Under the pieces are notes generated by a model. That model was not told the DNA's origin. It searched no databases and saw nothing but the letters and a program-made list of their open reading frames with translations. The translations under genes were made by a program, and so were the position numbers. DNA of 62,312 nt, counting the filler, from Chrysochromulina tobinii (Eukaryota): assembly GCA_001275005.1 (NCBI GenBank). It is 5 parts of 5 records of this genome, joined end to end, with 100 filler letters (N's around TTAATTAATTAA, not from the genome) between each part and the next. Parts side by side here need not be neighbours in the genome. Positions count along the whole stretch, not along the records: positions 35,689 to 55,192 come from JWZX01001399.1; positions 55,293 to 62,312 come from JWZX01001402.1; 3 more parts are not named here. One strand, written 5' to 3'. The first letter of the stretch is position 1. Every line of letters starts with the position of its first letter. Shown here in pieces: positions 43,416 through 58,044 of the stretch.

Positions 43416-46400
43416 ATGCGTTCTTCGTTCGCAATGTTGCTCGCCATGGTGCTGGGTCTCATCGACACATGCGCAGCAACTCATAATTTAGTAGTGTGCA
43501 GCAATATATGTGGAATTTATCTCATTGGAATTCCAATGCAATGCGACGACGGCGGCCCGGGCGCAACGCTCTCAGCGTGCTCATTCGGAACCGACTGCAA
43601 CGACTGTGGCCCCCGTTATGTTTATCCGAGCCCACCTCCGCGCCCACCTCCGAAACCACCTTCGCGTCCACCTCCGAGCCCACCTCCGCGCCCACCTCCT
43701 CCGAGACCACCTTCGAAACCACCTCCGAAACCACCTCCTTACTCTCCGATCCCCGATGGCTCTTTCTACCGATGCGACAACACATGCGCAATTAATCAAT
43801 TTTACGGCAACTGCAACGATGGCGGACCAGGATCGGAGTGGTCGTGGTGCGACCTCGGTACGGACTGTAACACCTGTGGCCCTCGCCTGATTGCGAGGGC
43901 GCCACCATCTGCGCCGCCGCCACAATTTGCGCCGGTTGGGCCTGAGATTGTCGTCGACTTTGACTATTATCCGGATTATTGCAAATGGGCATTAACTTGC
44001 ACCGACGGCACCTCATACCCCAACGGAGTTATGCCGCAGAGGGTGAGACCGTCCCCCTCTATCGTGCCGGGCTCGACGTGCACGTTGACTCTGAAATCCT
44101 ACTGGGGTTTCGGCTGGGTCTCTGGCTCTTGGGCTTACGGCAATCTAATCTTCACGAACCCTTATGATCCCTATCAGACGCCAAGGATCGACAAAATCTA
44201 TACCTTCATAGTCCCTATTTCTCCACCTCCACCCAGACCACCCAGTCTGCCCCCAGTGGCTCCGATTGCGGCCAACACTGGTTATGCCATGGTCCTCCCC
44301 CAGCTGATCATCACGTACAAGTTCAACGGGTTCAGCACTGCTTGCACCGCCGCCTCTAATAATAATTGCACTCTGGGCACTGGGCAAGTTCCTACCCCTT
44401 CTGTTACCGGCACCACGCCATGGAATCAACAAGATAGCAACAGGCTCACAGCAGGGACCGTCAATCAGATGGGTTGCGGCGGTACGCCGAGATGCCAGGT
44501 GACGCTTAACAACCCAATTGACACGACCAACGGGGGTATCAAGACGCTGAAAATCATGGCCATAGTCACCTGGACGGATTCCGCGCGGCTGCGTAACTGT
44601 CCTCCTATTGCTCCGAGAGCGCCGCCATCCCCACCCTCACCTCCGCCGCCGCCGCCGCCTCCCCTTCCCGTCGCCAGTTCTGGTGATGTTTCGGTGGAGA
44701 TGATCGCTCTTGGCATGGGGCTGTATCACGAGCGATACGGCATAGGGAGAGCTCCTAGCGCCCGACCCCCCCCCCCCCTCCGCACCGGTGATCTGCGGAC
44801 TCGAGTCCGTGCTCCTCAATGGCGCCAACCTCGCCCCAAGGCAAAAGAGAACTCTGATGCAATCTTACAACATGACTTACTTGACCTCGCTCATGGGGTT
44901 CTTCGGGAACGTCGCAATCGCCGGCCTGGGACTCGCCGAGGCTCAAACCGCCGTCGCAATCTATTCGCCTCCAAGCTCGCCGCCTCGAGCAGCCCGACCG
45001 CCCTCATCGCCCCCCCCACCCTCCCGGCCAGCCTCTCCCCCGCCGCCGCGCGCTCTCTGCGAGAGCAGCTGCAATGCGAGGTTTCCGGAAAGTAAGCTGC
45101 AATGCGATGATGGGTTTTCGAGCGGGTTTTTGAACGGAACGATTAAGGTCACGAAGGGCCAAGCTGCCAGGTGCGATGTCGGCTCGGACTGTGACGACTG
45201 CGGGCCGCGCAGCTATTGCACGACCTGCTCAAGCGAGTGCTCGGCCGAAGGAATGTGCCTCGAAGTCATGTATCTGGACTCCACAAACTGCTGGCCGGAG
45301 TGCAACACCGCGGCGTGCGAGCCTAAACACTGCACAAAGGAGCAGCAAATCAGCGAGTGCCTGAAGGCAGAGAGTGCACTGGGGATTGACTACATCTCGA
45401 TGCCTGGCTCTTCAGGCACTAGCACTGCCTCGGCCCCCTTGGTGACTGGCAGCTTCACGCTGGGCGAGTTCCGCATTTCAGTCGACAAGGTCAAAGGCGC
45501 TGGCGTGCAGATTGAGTTCACCCTAGCTTACAATCTGACGTGGAACGACACTCGCCTCGAACGCTCGCCTTGCCGCCGGGTCTTTGATGCGATGCTTTCG
45601 AGTGTGGCCTCGACCGAGTCGGCGCACGCGAAGCGTTACTGGCGCCCGAAGCTCGCCCTTGGCACCACCGAGGCAGAGCCCGCTCGGGAAAGGAAACTCT
45701 TGGAGTCCCTCTATTCTCAAAACGGCACAGTGGCTAGGCTGCGAATCCGCGAGGCTGTTACATTGGCACAGGACTTCCAATATCGCAACTTCCCCTTCGA
45801 CCGGCAGACCATTCCCATCGATCTCAGGCTGCCAACTGTGCAGCTCGGCGGGTGCGACGCTCTGGTCGAGCGGTTGCGCTACAAGGAGACGTTGAGCTTG
45901 AAAGACTCGAACCGTATCCTTCCCCAGTCGGCCACGTGGCTCTGGGATCATTGTGGCACTGCAGGCGGCGGCTGCCGTGCAGCGGATATCGAAAAGGACA
46001 TCTTTCTCGACCTGGCCTTGCTGGAGTCTAGGCAAGACGTCTGCCCGTTGGTCTTGAAGATCAAGCGCAACAACGACCTCTTCATCATCAAGCAGCTGAT
46101 ACCCTCCATTGTCATCTCTGAGGCGCCGCTCCTCAGCCTGTACATGGACGCGACCGTCCCTCCGCTTGTCGGTGCTCGCGCCTCGCTCCACATCATTGCC
46201 CTGTTGCTGGTGGTTACCCGCGCCAACAATGACCTGGGCCTGGGGACGCTCAGCAGCCTCATCTGGACTGACGAGTTTGCGCTCGTCCAGTTCTTCGTGA
46301 TCCTCGCGGGGCTCGTAGAGACGATCGTCGTGCACGCTTTGATCCGCTTCGGCTGCAAGGTCCTGGCCGTCTCCGTCGACGGCGTCTTCCGGGTGTTGCT

Positions 46401-47115
46401 TCCCTTTGTCCTCTTCCCGTGCCTTGTGGTTGCCTTCATCCTAAAGGGTTTGGGGCAGGAGGCATTCTTCCTGCTTGTCATAGTTGGAGGCATGCTGCTG
46501 TTCTTGTCCTACTCAGTTGCGAGGGTGCTATACAAGGACTGGAAGATCCAGAGAAATCGGAAGATGATGGTCAAGAAGCTCAAGGCGCTCAAGATGGAAA
46601 GCAACGGGTCGACGCTGACCGATAAAGAAGTGGATCAGATCATGCGGAAGACGTTCGACACCTTTGACCTTGACAAGTCGAAGAAGCTCGAGAAGGCCGA
46701 GGTTCGGCTGATCCTCGACGCCATGTACCCCAACCTGGGCAGGCAGCAGGTAGCCACAGCCATGAAAGCCGTCAAATCAGATGAGATTGTCTACGAGGAC
46801 TTTGCCATCGTCGTGGAGGAATGGCAAAATCTCAGTTTTGAGCGGCATGGAGAAGAACAGCACAAGCGCCGCTCCATCCTCGGCCGGCTGGGCTGGGGGA
46901 TTGGCTCAAAGTCCAAGAAGGCCTGGCAACGCGCGAGGGCCAAGGTTTCTTTGACAGCCTCGAAACCAATCATCAAAGAGGCGGGATTGTTCTCCGCGCG
47001 GCCGAAATTTGAAGCCTCGCTTAAGACGCTCCAGAAGGCTGGGGCGCCGGAAAAAAACGATGTTGCGGCCGCCTTTGCTGCGGGTCTCGATAAAGCCGAC
47101 TTCACGAGCGCCTGA
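43416..47115 (+). CDS. Cys-less pentameric ligand-gated ion channel with long CDDGG/Pro-rich ectodomain and C-terminal EF-hand; frameshift in C13 tract 44766-44778
   Basis: Signal peptide MRSSFAMLLAMVLGL; LTWNDTRL, YWRPKL, DFQYRNFPFDRQTIPI (Pro-loop without Cys pair), KRN..FIIKQLIP (M1), three more TMs; EF loop DLDKSKKLEKAE. Confidence 0.85.
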
Positions 47116-48060
47116 TCAGGAGCATTTAACGTACAAACTCAACGCACAAACTCGACATAAAAAGCATAACTGCGACATACAAACTTCGCAAGGGACTGCA
47201 GCGAGTGTACCGAGTAAACAAAGCCGCCGACTGCAAGGGGTAGGTGCAACTGCAAGGGGTAGGTGGCTTGGGGTGGCATGCGTGTGCGCTATGCCGGGCG
47301 ATGAGGTACGTGTGCCAGACACCCGCTCCGATAGGCTACTACTATGAGCTAACTATGAGCCCGGGCTGTCTTGCCGCTGTGTGCGTGTGTGCGTGTGTGC
47401 GTCGGTGTGCGTGTGCAGCTAATCAGTTTCGGCGGAAGGTTAGATGTGGTTGAAGCCTTGTACTGCCGTCGGTAGTGGGCGGGGCGCGGGGCGCGTATCG
47501 GTGTCGGGCGTCATGAACCGTCATGATGCACCGCGAACGCCTATTCGCGATTCGGAGAATTCGGAATTCGCGCTAATTATAAACACGCAACACGGCGCCG
47601 ACGCATCGACGGCGGCCGCCCGCACCGCGGGACCGAGCATCGGAGGCATGATCGGAGCAGGTCTCGTCGAAATCCAACGCAACGTCGCGCGCGCCGCCGC
47701 GCCCGGGCCCGCGCGCGCGCACGCGCGCCCCGTTAGCGCCCCGTTTCTTTCGTTTACGTTCGATCGTCGTGGTTCGCGTACGCTGGCGTGTTTGAAAACT
47801 AAACTTTAAGTTTGACCGCGATGTAACGATCGATCCGCACTGTGTGTGCCGCTGCTGTGTGCAGCCAGCACGCTTCCTCCGCTCCACTTCTTAATCGAAG
47901 GCTCTGGCTGACGCGCTGACCTGAGGCAAGACATGTCGACGGTGAGTATGCGATCTACGAACATGATTGTAGCAATGACCAATGACCAATGTGTACACAC
48001 ATCCACGCCTAATCCACGCCTTCCTCGTTCCTGTTCCGTGCTTCCGACGCTGGCCCAGCC

Positions 48061-51000
48061 TCACGAAATGTCGTCGAACAGGGCCGCGGCCGCAGCCTCC
48101 GCGGCAGTCAACTTCGACGACGGTGCAAAGGCTGGCTGCCGGTCAGGGGTTGCCCAAGGTTCCGTGGGCTGCGGCATGGCTGGAGGCGGCGCGCCCAGGC
48201 CGTCCAGCCACGAATCAACATCGTAAAGGGCATTCTCTGCGGCGGCCGTAGGCACGGGCGGGCCTGCTGGCAGGGCCTGTTGCATGCGTCCTGCCACCGG
48301 CATTGCGCCCCTCTGCCCTCGAGCCGCAGCCTCGCGAGCGCCTGACAGCAGTGCGCCCGAGTCCCACCCTGCCGTCGCACCAGGATTCTGAGAGTGTGGC
48401 TCATCCTCTGCCGCCGAGCTGGCGACAGCCTGCCGCTTGGCGCCGAGCCGCGAAGTGGCACCGCCAAACAGCGAGGTTGCACCGCCCTTGGTGCGGGCAC
48501 TGCTGCCCTCGGCTGCACCGCCATCCGCTTCGAACCTATCCTGGTCGGATGACTCCTCGGCTTGCACCGAGCTCGCGACGGCCGCCGGAGCTTTTGGGGC
48601 GGCAAAGGGCAGCTTGAGCGTCGCAAAAGGATTGGCGCCTCCTGCCTTGCCATCGCCTGCTGCCTTGCCACCACCTGCTGCCTTGCCACCGCCTGCTGCC
48701 TTGCCACCGCCTGCTGCCCTGCCACCAACTGCTGCCTTGCCATCGCCTGCTGCCCTGCCGGACTTCGTAGCGTTAGGTACCGCCCACGGGGGCAGCGCAT
48801 AGTTCTGCTGCCACGTGGGCGGCGCGTCGGCGCTGCTGGGTGGTGGCGGCGCAATGCCGTGAGCGTCGGCGGCGGCGGGTGGTGCCGCAAGGTCGAGGGC
48901 GCCTACCTTGGAGTCTACCTTTGCGGTTACTTGAGTGGGGTCGACTGTATCCTTGGAGAAAAAGGCACACACGTCCGGATGGAAGCAGAGAGGCGGCTGC
49001 GTGAGCAGGTCGTCGAGGAGCGCCTGCAGCAGCTCGGAGCGCGTCTGCACCACCTTCGTCTGCAGCGCGAACGCGCCCAAGTGCCTCTTGTCCGCATGGA
49101 GCTTCTTTGACCACGCCGTGACGTCTGAAACCTGCTCGGCCGTGAGCGGGATCTCCGCGTGTGCGAGATCTTCCTTCTTGAGCCCCTCGAGGAGCGTGAT
49201 GAACTGCGAGAAGCGCCGGAAGAGTTGTGGAAGCTCCGGGTGTGAATTGGACTGGAGCCGGTAGACCATGTACTCCTGCCGGCCGCGCACCAGCTCGGCG
49301 CCCACGACCTGCATCCGCAGCAGGCACCGAGAGCCGCCGCCCAAGCCACCCAGCGCACCACCCACGCTCTGGGCGATGGACAGTGAGCCTGGCGCCGGTG
49401 CCGTTTTGCTCGGCACGATCGACGCCGCAGGCGCCGCGGGTGCGATGGATGTCGCGGGCGGCACGGGCGGCGTGGGCAGCGCGGGCGGCGCGAGCGGTGG
49501 CACCCAGAGCGCCGCTGCCTTTGGCTTAAGCACAGCACTTGCTTCGGTGAGCCAATCAGGCTCCTCTGCCGCGGCGGCAGCTGCATAGTCAGCCTCACTC
49601 AAGGCGTCGTCATGAGCACTGGAGGCGTCGATCCTTGACTCCTCACTCAAGGCGTCGTCATGAGCATGCATGGCGTCGTCGTGAGCACTCATGGCGTCGT
49701 CAAATGGATTGGCGAGGGAAGCCGCCATCGCCTCATAGCCGTTGCTGACCAGCGTGGCCATGGCCAGCGGCGCCGCGGCCCACTCTTCAGAGACTACACG
49801 GTACGCACTTGCCACCTGCGGCATCGCTGCCCACTCATCCTCAGATGCCAAACGGTACGCGCTTGTCAACTGAACCATGGGCTGCACCGTCGATGATAAA
49901 GTGGCAGACGGCAATGTCGCCAGCCGCTGTGCCTCAAGCACGGCTGCATCCTCCGGAGCTGCCCTGGCTGCCTCAACCTGCGCCGCCGTCTCCGCAGCCA
50001 CCCTAGCTGCCTCAGCCTCAACCTGCGCCGCCGCCTCAGAGGCTGCCGCCTCGGCCGCCGCCGCCTCAGCCGCTGCCTGTGCCGCTGCCATCTCAGCCGC
50101 CGCCTTCTCGGCTGCTTCCGCCTCGGCCGCTGCCATCTCGGCCGCCGCCTTTGCCGCCGCCTCGGCCGCCGCCTCGGCCGCCGCCTCGGCCGCCGCCTCG
50201 GCCGCCGCCGCTTCGGCCGCTGCCGCCTTCTCGGCCGCCGTTTTCTCGGCCGCAGCCGCCTCGGCCGCTGCTGCCTCAGCCGCCGCCGCTTCAGCCGCCG
50301 CCTTCTCGGCCGCCGCCTTCTCAGCTGCCGCAGCCTTGGCTGCTACCGCCTCGGCCGCCGCCTTCTCGGCCGCCGCCTTCTCGGCCGCCGCCTTCTCGGC
50401 CGCCGCCTTCTCGGCCGCCGCCTTCTCGGCCGCCGCCACCTCAGCCACCGCCGCCTCGGCCGCCGCCGCCTCGGCCGCTGCCGCCTCGGCTGCCGCCCTC
50501 TCGGCCGCCGCTTTCTCGGCCGCCGCCTTCTCGGCCGCCGCCGTCTCAGCCGCTGCCTTCTCAGCCGCTTCGGCCGTCGCCTTTTCGGTCGCTGCCTTCT
50601 CAGCTGCCACCACCGCCTCGGCTGCTGCCTTCTCGGCCGCCGCCTTTGCCGCCGCCTCGGCCTCCTTGGCAGCAGCTGCCTCTGCCGCCGCCGCCTCGGC
50701 CGCCGCCGCCTCAGCCGCTGCTTTTTCAGCCGCTGCCGCATCGGTCGCTGCCGCCGCCTCAACCGCTGCGGCTGCCAGGCGCTCCTGGTCGGCAGCGGTG
50801 GTGAGGGACAAGGCGAGGGCAGCTCGTAAGTCGTCGTCCTCCTCATCCAGGTCGTCAATTTGCTTTCTAATTTGGTACGACGGTATCTCATCCAGGTCGT
50901 CCATGTGCTTGCCACCGACGCTCGACGGCGCCGTCGCCTCGGCAGCCGCCGCCTCTGTGCTGTCATCCTCGAACGGGTTGGGCATCGCAACCACGGCCGG

Positions 51001-51789
51001 TGGTGGCACTTCGGCACCCACCTCATCCTCGAACGGGTTGGACATGGCAAGCACGGCCGGAAGCGGCGCCTCGGCGTCAGCTGCCTCGCCAAATGGATTA
51101 CTGACCGAAGCAGCCGTAGGAAAGGAATTGCCCTCCGGCACCGCCGCCCCCGGCACTGGCGCTTCACCTTCGGCAGCCCCAGGGGCCTCGAACAGATAGC
51201 TAATGGCCACCTCCACCTGACCGCCCGCCCTCTCTAGCGCCCTTTGCGCTGCATGCGAGTCGAAGCCCATCGCCAGGAGCTGCGCGATGGCCTCTGGCTG
51301 TGCTCTCGCGGCCGGCAGAGCCACCAGGGATGGGCTGTCGGCCTCTCGCATCGAGCGCTCCCGAACGGCAGCAACCTTGGCGGACGCAGCGCGTGCCGCC
51401 GCTGCAGCCGTTGCCTCGGCTGAGGCTTGCTCCTCGGCAGACAGGTGCATGGCCAGCTGCATGACATCATCGTCGTCATCGAGGCCGCCGCCGTTGACAA
51501 TCATCTGGTCGATGGCGCCACTGGGTGTTACGACGTGGGGAGTGATGTCCGCATCAGGATGCACAAAAAAGGGCGTGTTAGGCGATCCGGCATTGTTATT
51601 GCCTGCATTGTTTCCCTTGGCAATTTTGCGGGCCGCCTCATCCCGGACGGCCAAAACCTTGCTTGCAGCCTCATCCCTGGCGGCCTTGGCGGCCGCCGCA
51701 GCACGCTGCGCCGTGGAGCGCGCCTTGTCGAAGAAGCCTGCCTTCGGAGCCGGCGACGATGGCACCCATGCGCTCGGCAATTCCGCCAT
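48061..51789 (-). CDS. Ubiquitin-binding endosomal adaptor: UIM, UBA, NPF motifs, UIM, AAAEK rod, PX domain
   Basis: [15 protein letters not shown] and [13 protein letters not shown] (UIM); IAQLLAMGF...[16 protein letters not shown] (UBA); five NPF; YMVYRL...RRFSQFITL...[13 protein letters not shown]...VCAFF (PX). Confidence 0.85.
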   Translation of the reverse strand: MAELPSAWVPSSPAPKAGFFDKARSTAQRAAAAAKAARDEAASKVLAVRDEAARKIAKGNNAGNNNAGSPNTPFFVHPDADITPHVVTPSGAIDQMIVNGGGLDDDDDVMQLAMHLSAEEQASAEATAAAAARAASAKVAAVRERSMREADSPSLVALPAARAQPEAIAQLLAMGFDSHAAQRALERAGGQVEVAISYLFEAPGAAEGEAPVPGAAVPEGNSFPTAASVSNPFGEAADAEAPLPAVLAMSNPFEDEVGAEVPPPAVVAMPNPFEDDSTEAAAAEATAPSSVGGKHMDDLDEIPSYQIRKQIDDLDEEDDDLRAALALSLTTAADQERLAAAAVEAAAATDAAAAEKAAAEAAAAEAAAAEAAAAKEAEAAAKAAAEKAAAEAVVAAEKAATEKATAEAAEKAAAETAAAEKAAAEKAAAERAAAEAAAAEAAAAEAAVAEVAAAEKAAAEKAAAEKAAAEKAAAEKAAAEAVAAKAAAAEKAAAEKAAAEAAAAEAAAAEAAAAEKTAAEKAAAAEAAAAEAAAEAAAEAAAEAAAKAAAEMAAAEAEAAEKAAAEMAAAQAAAEAAAAEAAASEAAAQVEAEAARVAAETAAQVEAARAAPEDAAVLEAQRLATLPSATLSSTVQPMVQLTSAYRLASEDEWAAMPQVASAYRVVSEEWAAAPLAMATLVSNGYEAMAASLANPFDDAMSAHDDAMHAHDDALSEESRIDASSAHDDALSEADYAAAAAAEEPDWLTEASAVLKPKAAALWVPPLAPPALPTPPVPPATSIAPAAPAASIVPSKTAPAPGSLSIAQSVGGALGGLGGGSRCLLRMQVVGAELVRGRQEYMVYRLQSNSHPELPQLFRRFSQFITLLEGLKKEDLAHAEIPLTAEQVSDVTAWSKKLHADKRHLGAFALQTKVVQTRSELLQALLDDLLTQPPLCFHPDVCAFFSKDTVDPTQVTAKVDSKVGALDLAAPPAAADAHGIAPPPPSSADAPPTWQQNYALPPWAVPNATKSGRAAGDGKAAVGGRAAGGGKAAGGGKAAGGGKAAGDGKAGGANPFATLKLPFAAPKAPAAVASSVQAEESSDQDRFEADGGAAEGSSARTKGGATSLFGGATSRLGAKRQAVASSAAEDEPHSQNPGATAGWDSGALLSGAREAAARGQRGAMPVAGRMQQALPAGPPVPTAAAENALYDVDSWLDGLGAPPPAMPQPTEPWATPDRQPAFAPSSKLTAAEAAAAALFDDIS

Positions 51790-52718
51790 GATAGTCTCGA
51801 TCTGTGTTCACACCAGCAGGCCTGTGGAGCGCCGTGATGGCTGCCTAGACGAGAGTGCTGTGCGGAGGTTACTCACACACTCACTCCTAACTCCCCCATT
51901 TTTGAGGTTTGCGCGCCTGCGCGGGTGCGCTGTGCGACCACACGCACCAGTGAGCTCCGGTAGGTTGCGCACTTTGTAGCGCACCGCACGGACTCTGAGG
52001 GCCAAAGCTCGGACGGTGCGGTGCGCGAACGCGGAATCGTAGCGGAATCAGAACGCGGAAAGCGCAAAGCGCCCTCCTTAGGGGGGAGAATGCCGGGGTG
52101 AGTGACGCGGGCGGCGGTACGCGGCGGTGGCCCGTCTAATATCCTTGCTTCCTCTTTGAAGAATCTTTGGCCATCCCAAGAGCGGCCGGCCCGTAGCCGG
52201 CCCGTCCTGGAGATCCCAATCTCGTCACCGCCCTCCCCCTCAGGGGGCGTGCGCGGCCGGCTCCCCTTAAGGGGCCGGCCACGACGAGGACACCACCACG
52301 ACGCTGTCGCCCTACGGCGCGACGCCCCCCCGCATCCGGGGGCGGGCCGTGAAACGCATGGGAAAATCCTCGCCGGGGTGGATGTTTTCTACAACCTCCC
52401 GAACTTCCCCTACGGAAAAGGGGGGTTCGATGTGTCGGGAGGGGGGGGCGGGGGGGTAAGGGGGTCACCGGGTGTCATCACACTGATGAACCCCGGGCCG
52501 TATTGGCCGTTATACTTGTGGGGGTTCCGCTCGAGTCGCGGACGGGGGGTCGCAAACGGCAAAGGGCAAGCACCGGAACCGCGGCAACCGCCCCCTGCCA
52601 AGGGGGAGTTCTAGCCGCCCGATTGGTTACCCGCCTCGCTAGGTACGGTCCGGTGAGACAAAGACAAACTTTTCTATCCTTGCTTCCTCGACTGATAATT
52701 CCTAACCTAACGTCTATC

Positions 52719-54585
52719 CTACGGTACGCGTTGGGGGCACAACAGCAGATGTGGCCCGATTGAGCAGAGGCCCCCAACGAGCGCGGCCACGCCGCACCAA
52801 AGGGCCGACCGCCTCTCGTGCGTCGGCTGCTCTAGTCGTCGACGTTGCACCTGCGCAGTGAGCCACGCGTCCTTATGCGCGGCAGCCTTGGAACCCGCCG
52901 CCGCTGCCGGTGGCGTTGGTGATCTCGCTCCTGCTGCCACCTGCGCCACGGTGGTCGTCGGAGCTCTCGCGCCTGCGTCCGCCTTCTTGTCGCCGGTTTT
53001 CTGCTCGTAGTTCCTGTGCCGTTCGTATTTGCTCGCAACTCTGGCTAGCCAGTCTCGGAAGCGAATCGGTTTCACCGACCGATCGGTGAGTGCCGTGATG
53101 GGCAGCTTCTCAAGCCAGGCCGTCGGCGCGGGCCGGAAGAAAAAGGTGGCCGCCACGCGCCGGCCGAGGCCCGAGGGGTTGGTCGAAGCGACGCGGTGCT
53201 TCGCTGCGGGATACAGCCCTCCAGTGATGCGATCGAGCACGGCACCGACCAGGACGGTGACCACTCCGTGACCATGCGAAGCAACAACAAGCCACTCGCC
53301 CTCGGCACCTCGATCTCCCGTGGACTCGGCACCTCGATCTCCCGTGGGCTCGGCACATCGATCTCCCGTGGGCTCGGCCGTGGGTTCGGTGCCGCCACTC
53401 ACCTCGTCACTCACTCCGCTGCTGCTGCTCCGCCTGCCAGCTACGCTACCGCCCGCGCCAGCGCCTCGTTGTCTCCTCGGGCGCAAGTATTCCAATCCCA
53501 GGGCACCCGGCCGCACGCCAGGCACGTCATGCACGATGAGGGAGATCAGAGACGGGTCCGTATGCACCGGCAGCAGCACCTGCACGCGAGTAAGTCCAAC
53601 AGGACTCGGTGAAGCAAGGAAATGGGTGATTCGGCCGCAACATGCAAGGCAAGGCAGCAGCGGCCGAGACAGGCGTGCGCGCAGGGTCGAGGCGGCCGTC
53701 CGCAGGCTGGTGGCATTGGCTCAGTAAACCTCCTTACGGAGGCTGAGGAAGGCGTTCTACTCAACGGAGAGTATCCTCAAATCTGGAGGGCAAGTTCCAG
53801 TCATCCTCGCCAGCCGAGCCGAGCCGGGGTCGTGCGCGCTGGCGCCACAGGAGGCTGGCAGCAGGTGGCGGGAAGACAGGGGAGCCGCAGGGCCACTTCC
53901 TCAGACTGGTGCCAGCGTAAGATGTGACTTCACCGCTGTGCGCTCCGTCGGTAATTCCAATATGTCGCATTCGTCACCGGAAGAGCTTGCAGGCGGCAGC
54001 CGCCTGCCTGCCAGAGTGCGGTGAACAGTGGGAACCGGCGCGTACCTGCTTGCCGTCTGCTGTGACTGCTTGAGGTGGTGCCGCATCGGGCACATAACGC
54101 TTGACGTGCCATTGCGAGCTTTGCGCGATTGGGCCGAGCGTGCGCTCGAACCAGTCGGCGGGCAGCTGCAAGCGCCGTTCGAGTGCCGAGAGGATGTCTC
54201 TGCACAGACCGTGCGCAGTGGCAAAGAAGGCGGCCATCTCTGCCGCGAAATGCCCTTCACTGTCAAGGTCGAAGATGACTCCATTGGAGAAGACGATGCC
54301 CTCACGGCAGACATTGTACTGGGAAAGGGCACCCGCTGCATGCAGGCCACTCGCGCCGGCCGAATCCGCCTCTGGCCGAATGGGCAACGCATGGTTGCCA
54401 TTTCTGGCGAGTTCAAGTCCAGCTGCAGCCGCGGAGAAGCCGCGAGCGTGCGAAGCAGCCTGTGTGTCTGAGACAAACAGCGACGCACAGCCAGACGTCT
54501 CAAGTGACGATATGCAATCATCAATAGCACTTGCGTCACGCGGCCCTAGGTCGAGTGCCCCGCTGCGCCCGCCCCCTTCGCTCAT
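52719..54585 (-). CDS. 2OG-Fe(II) oxygenase, IPNS/DIOX type; exons 54585-54046, 53579-52719
   Basis: WHVKRY, PVHTDPSLISL (HxD), GLEYL, VGAVLDRITGGLYPAAKHRV, RVAATFFFRP; phase-0 GT-AG intron 53580-54045. Confidence 0.88.
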
Positions 54586-55192
54586 GCACGGTGCCCTGCA
54601 CGCGTGCGGGCCGCGCGGTCCACGTGACCTTCGAAAGCGCTGTTTCAAGCCAACGCTTCGTCGCTTTCCCTCTTCCACGAGGGTCGTCTTCCCCTCTTCC
54701 CCTCGACCCAGCGAGGTTCCATCTTGGGCGCTTGGCGCTTTATCTACATGTACATAATTGGCGCATGCTCCCAGGACCCGAGGCACAGTGAGCAGCGCCA
54801 AGAAGATTTAGCTTTTAGGCGCTCGGAGCCCCTCAGCCCCAGTGTGTGCAAAGTGTGTGCTGTGACTGTTATACTGTGACGCCCCGAGATGGGGCGACGC
54901 CGGCAATGGACGCCGGATGCACGCGCGCGCGGGGTTCTTAATTAGATTGATCATGGCGCGGGCGGGGACCGACCCCGGGTCAGTCGTATAAAACAGCTGC
55001 AAGGGAAACCTTTCTCATGACTCACGAATCACGGCGCTTCGTTCCGTTGTTTACCGTTGTGTGATGATACGTTCATCGGTTCATGAACAATGGGTAGGTA
55101 CCACTTGTCGCGGACCGACGGGGGGGCGCGTTCCCTCGTGGGGCAACTTGATTACGAACTAGGCGGCAGCAAGGCGGTCAAATGATGCACAT

Positions 55193-55292
55193 NNNNNNNN
55201 NNNNNNNNNNNNNNNNNNNNNNNNNNNNNNNNNNNNTTAATTAATTAANNNNNNNNNNNNNNNNNNNNNNNNNNNNNNNNNNNNNNNNNNNN
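55193..55292. other. Artificial contig linker
   Basis: N/TTAATTAATTAA/N. Confidence 0.97.
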
Positions 55293-57556
<2,264 letters not shown>

Positions 57557-57580
57557 GGCTCGCAGCGAGTGTTCACATGT

Positions 57581-57626
57581 GAAAACCTCCCGCTGTGAAA
57601 ACCTCCCGAGGCGCGAAAACCTCCCG
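57581..57626. promoter_or_regulatory. Three GAAAACCTCCCG repeats with an embedded E2F-like TTTCGCGC just upstream of the RecQ ATG
   Basis: Copies at 57581, 57597 and 57615; GGCGCGAAAA at 57610-57619. Confidence 0.4.
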
Positions 57627-58044
57627 CACAACCGCGTGAAAAATTCGAACGGCTTGCGACTGGGATCAGGGATGCACATATCTAACCACTAACGGACAGT
57701 GATTTCGTGAGCAAAGCGATTTCGATTTCGGGAGCTGACTTTTTCTCAACAACCCTTCACGCCGCAAGCAATTTCAAGACAAGTTAACTCAAGTCAAGTC
57801 CATTTCAATTGCCCGGACTCAACGTTTCGGGACTAACGAAGCATGTATGTGCCGTTCGGGAAGAGCTGGATTGAATCTGTCGAAATCAGCGTCTTCCAAC
57901 AGGTTGTCAGGTGGCCGGTCTCAGCCCTGGTATATCGAGGGCCCTGACTCACAGCCTGCTGGCCACCGAGCAAAGAGCAAGTACATAAGAGCAAGTCCAG
58001 AGCACTGAGCAGCTGGTGCCGCGGTTGTATCCAAAGCAACCAAA

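Noticed and set aside
52070..52700. Coding-like but homopolymer-rich segment (ORF 52102-52614)
   Set aside because: Looks like low-quality or degraded sequence; no recognisable family.
55060..55192. RTGATGA C-box-like motifs suggesting a snoRNA
   Set aside because: No matching CTGA D box or terminal stem before the gap.
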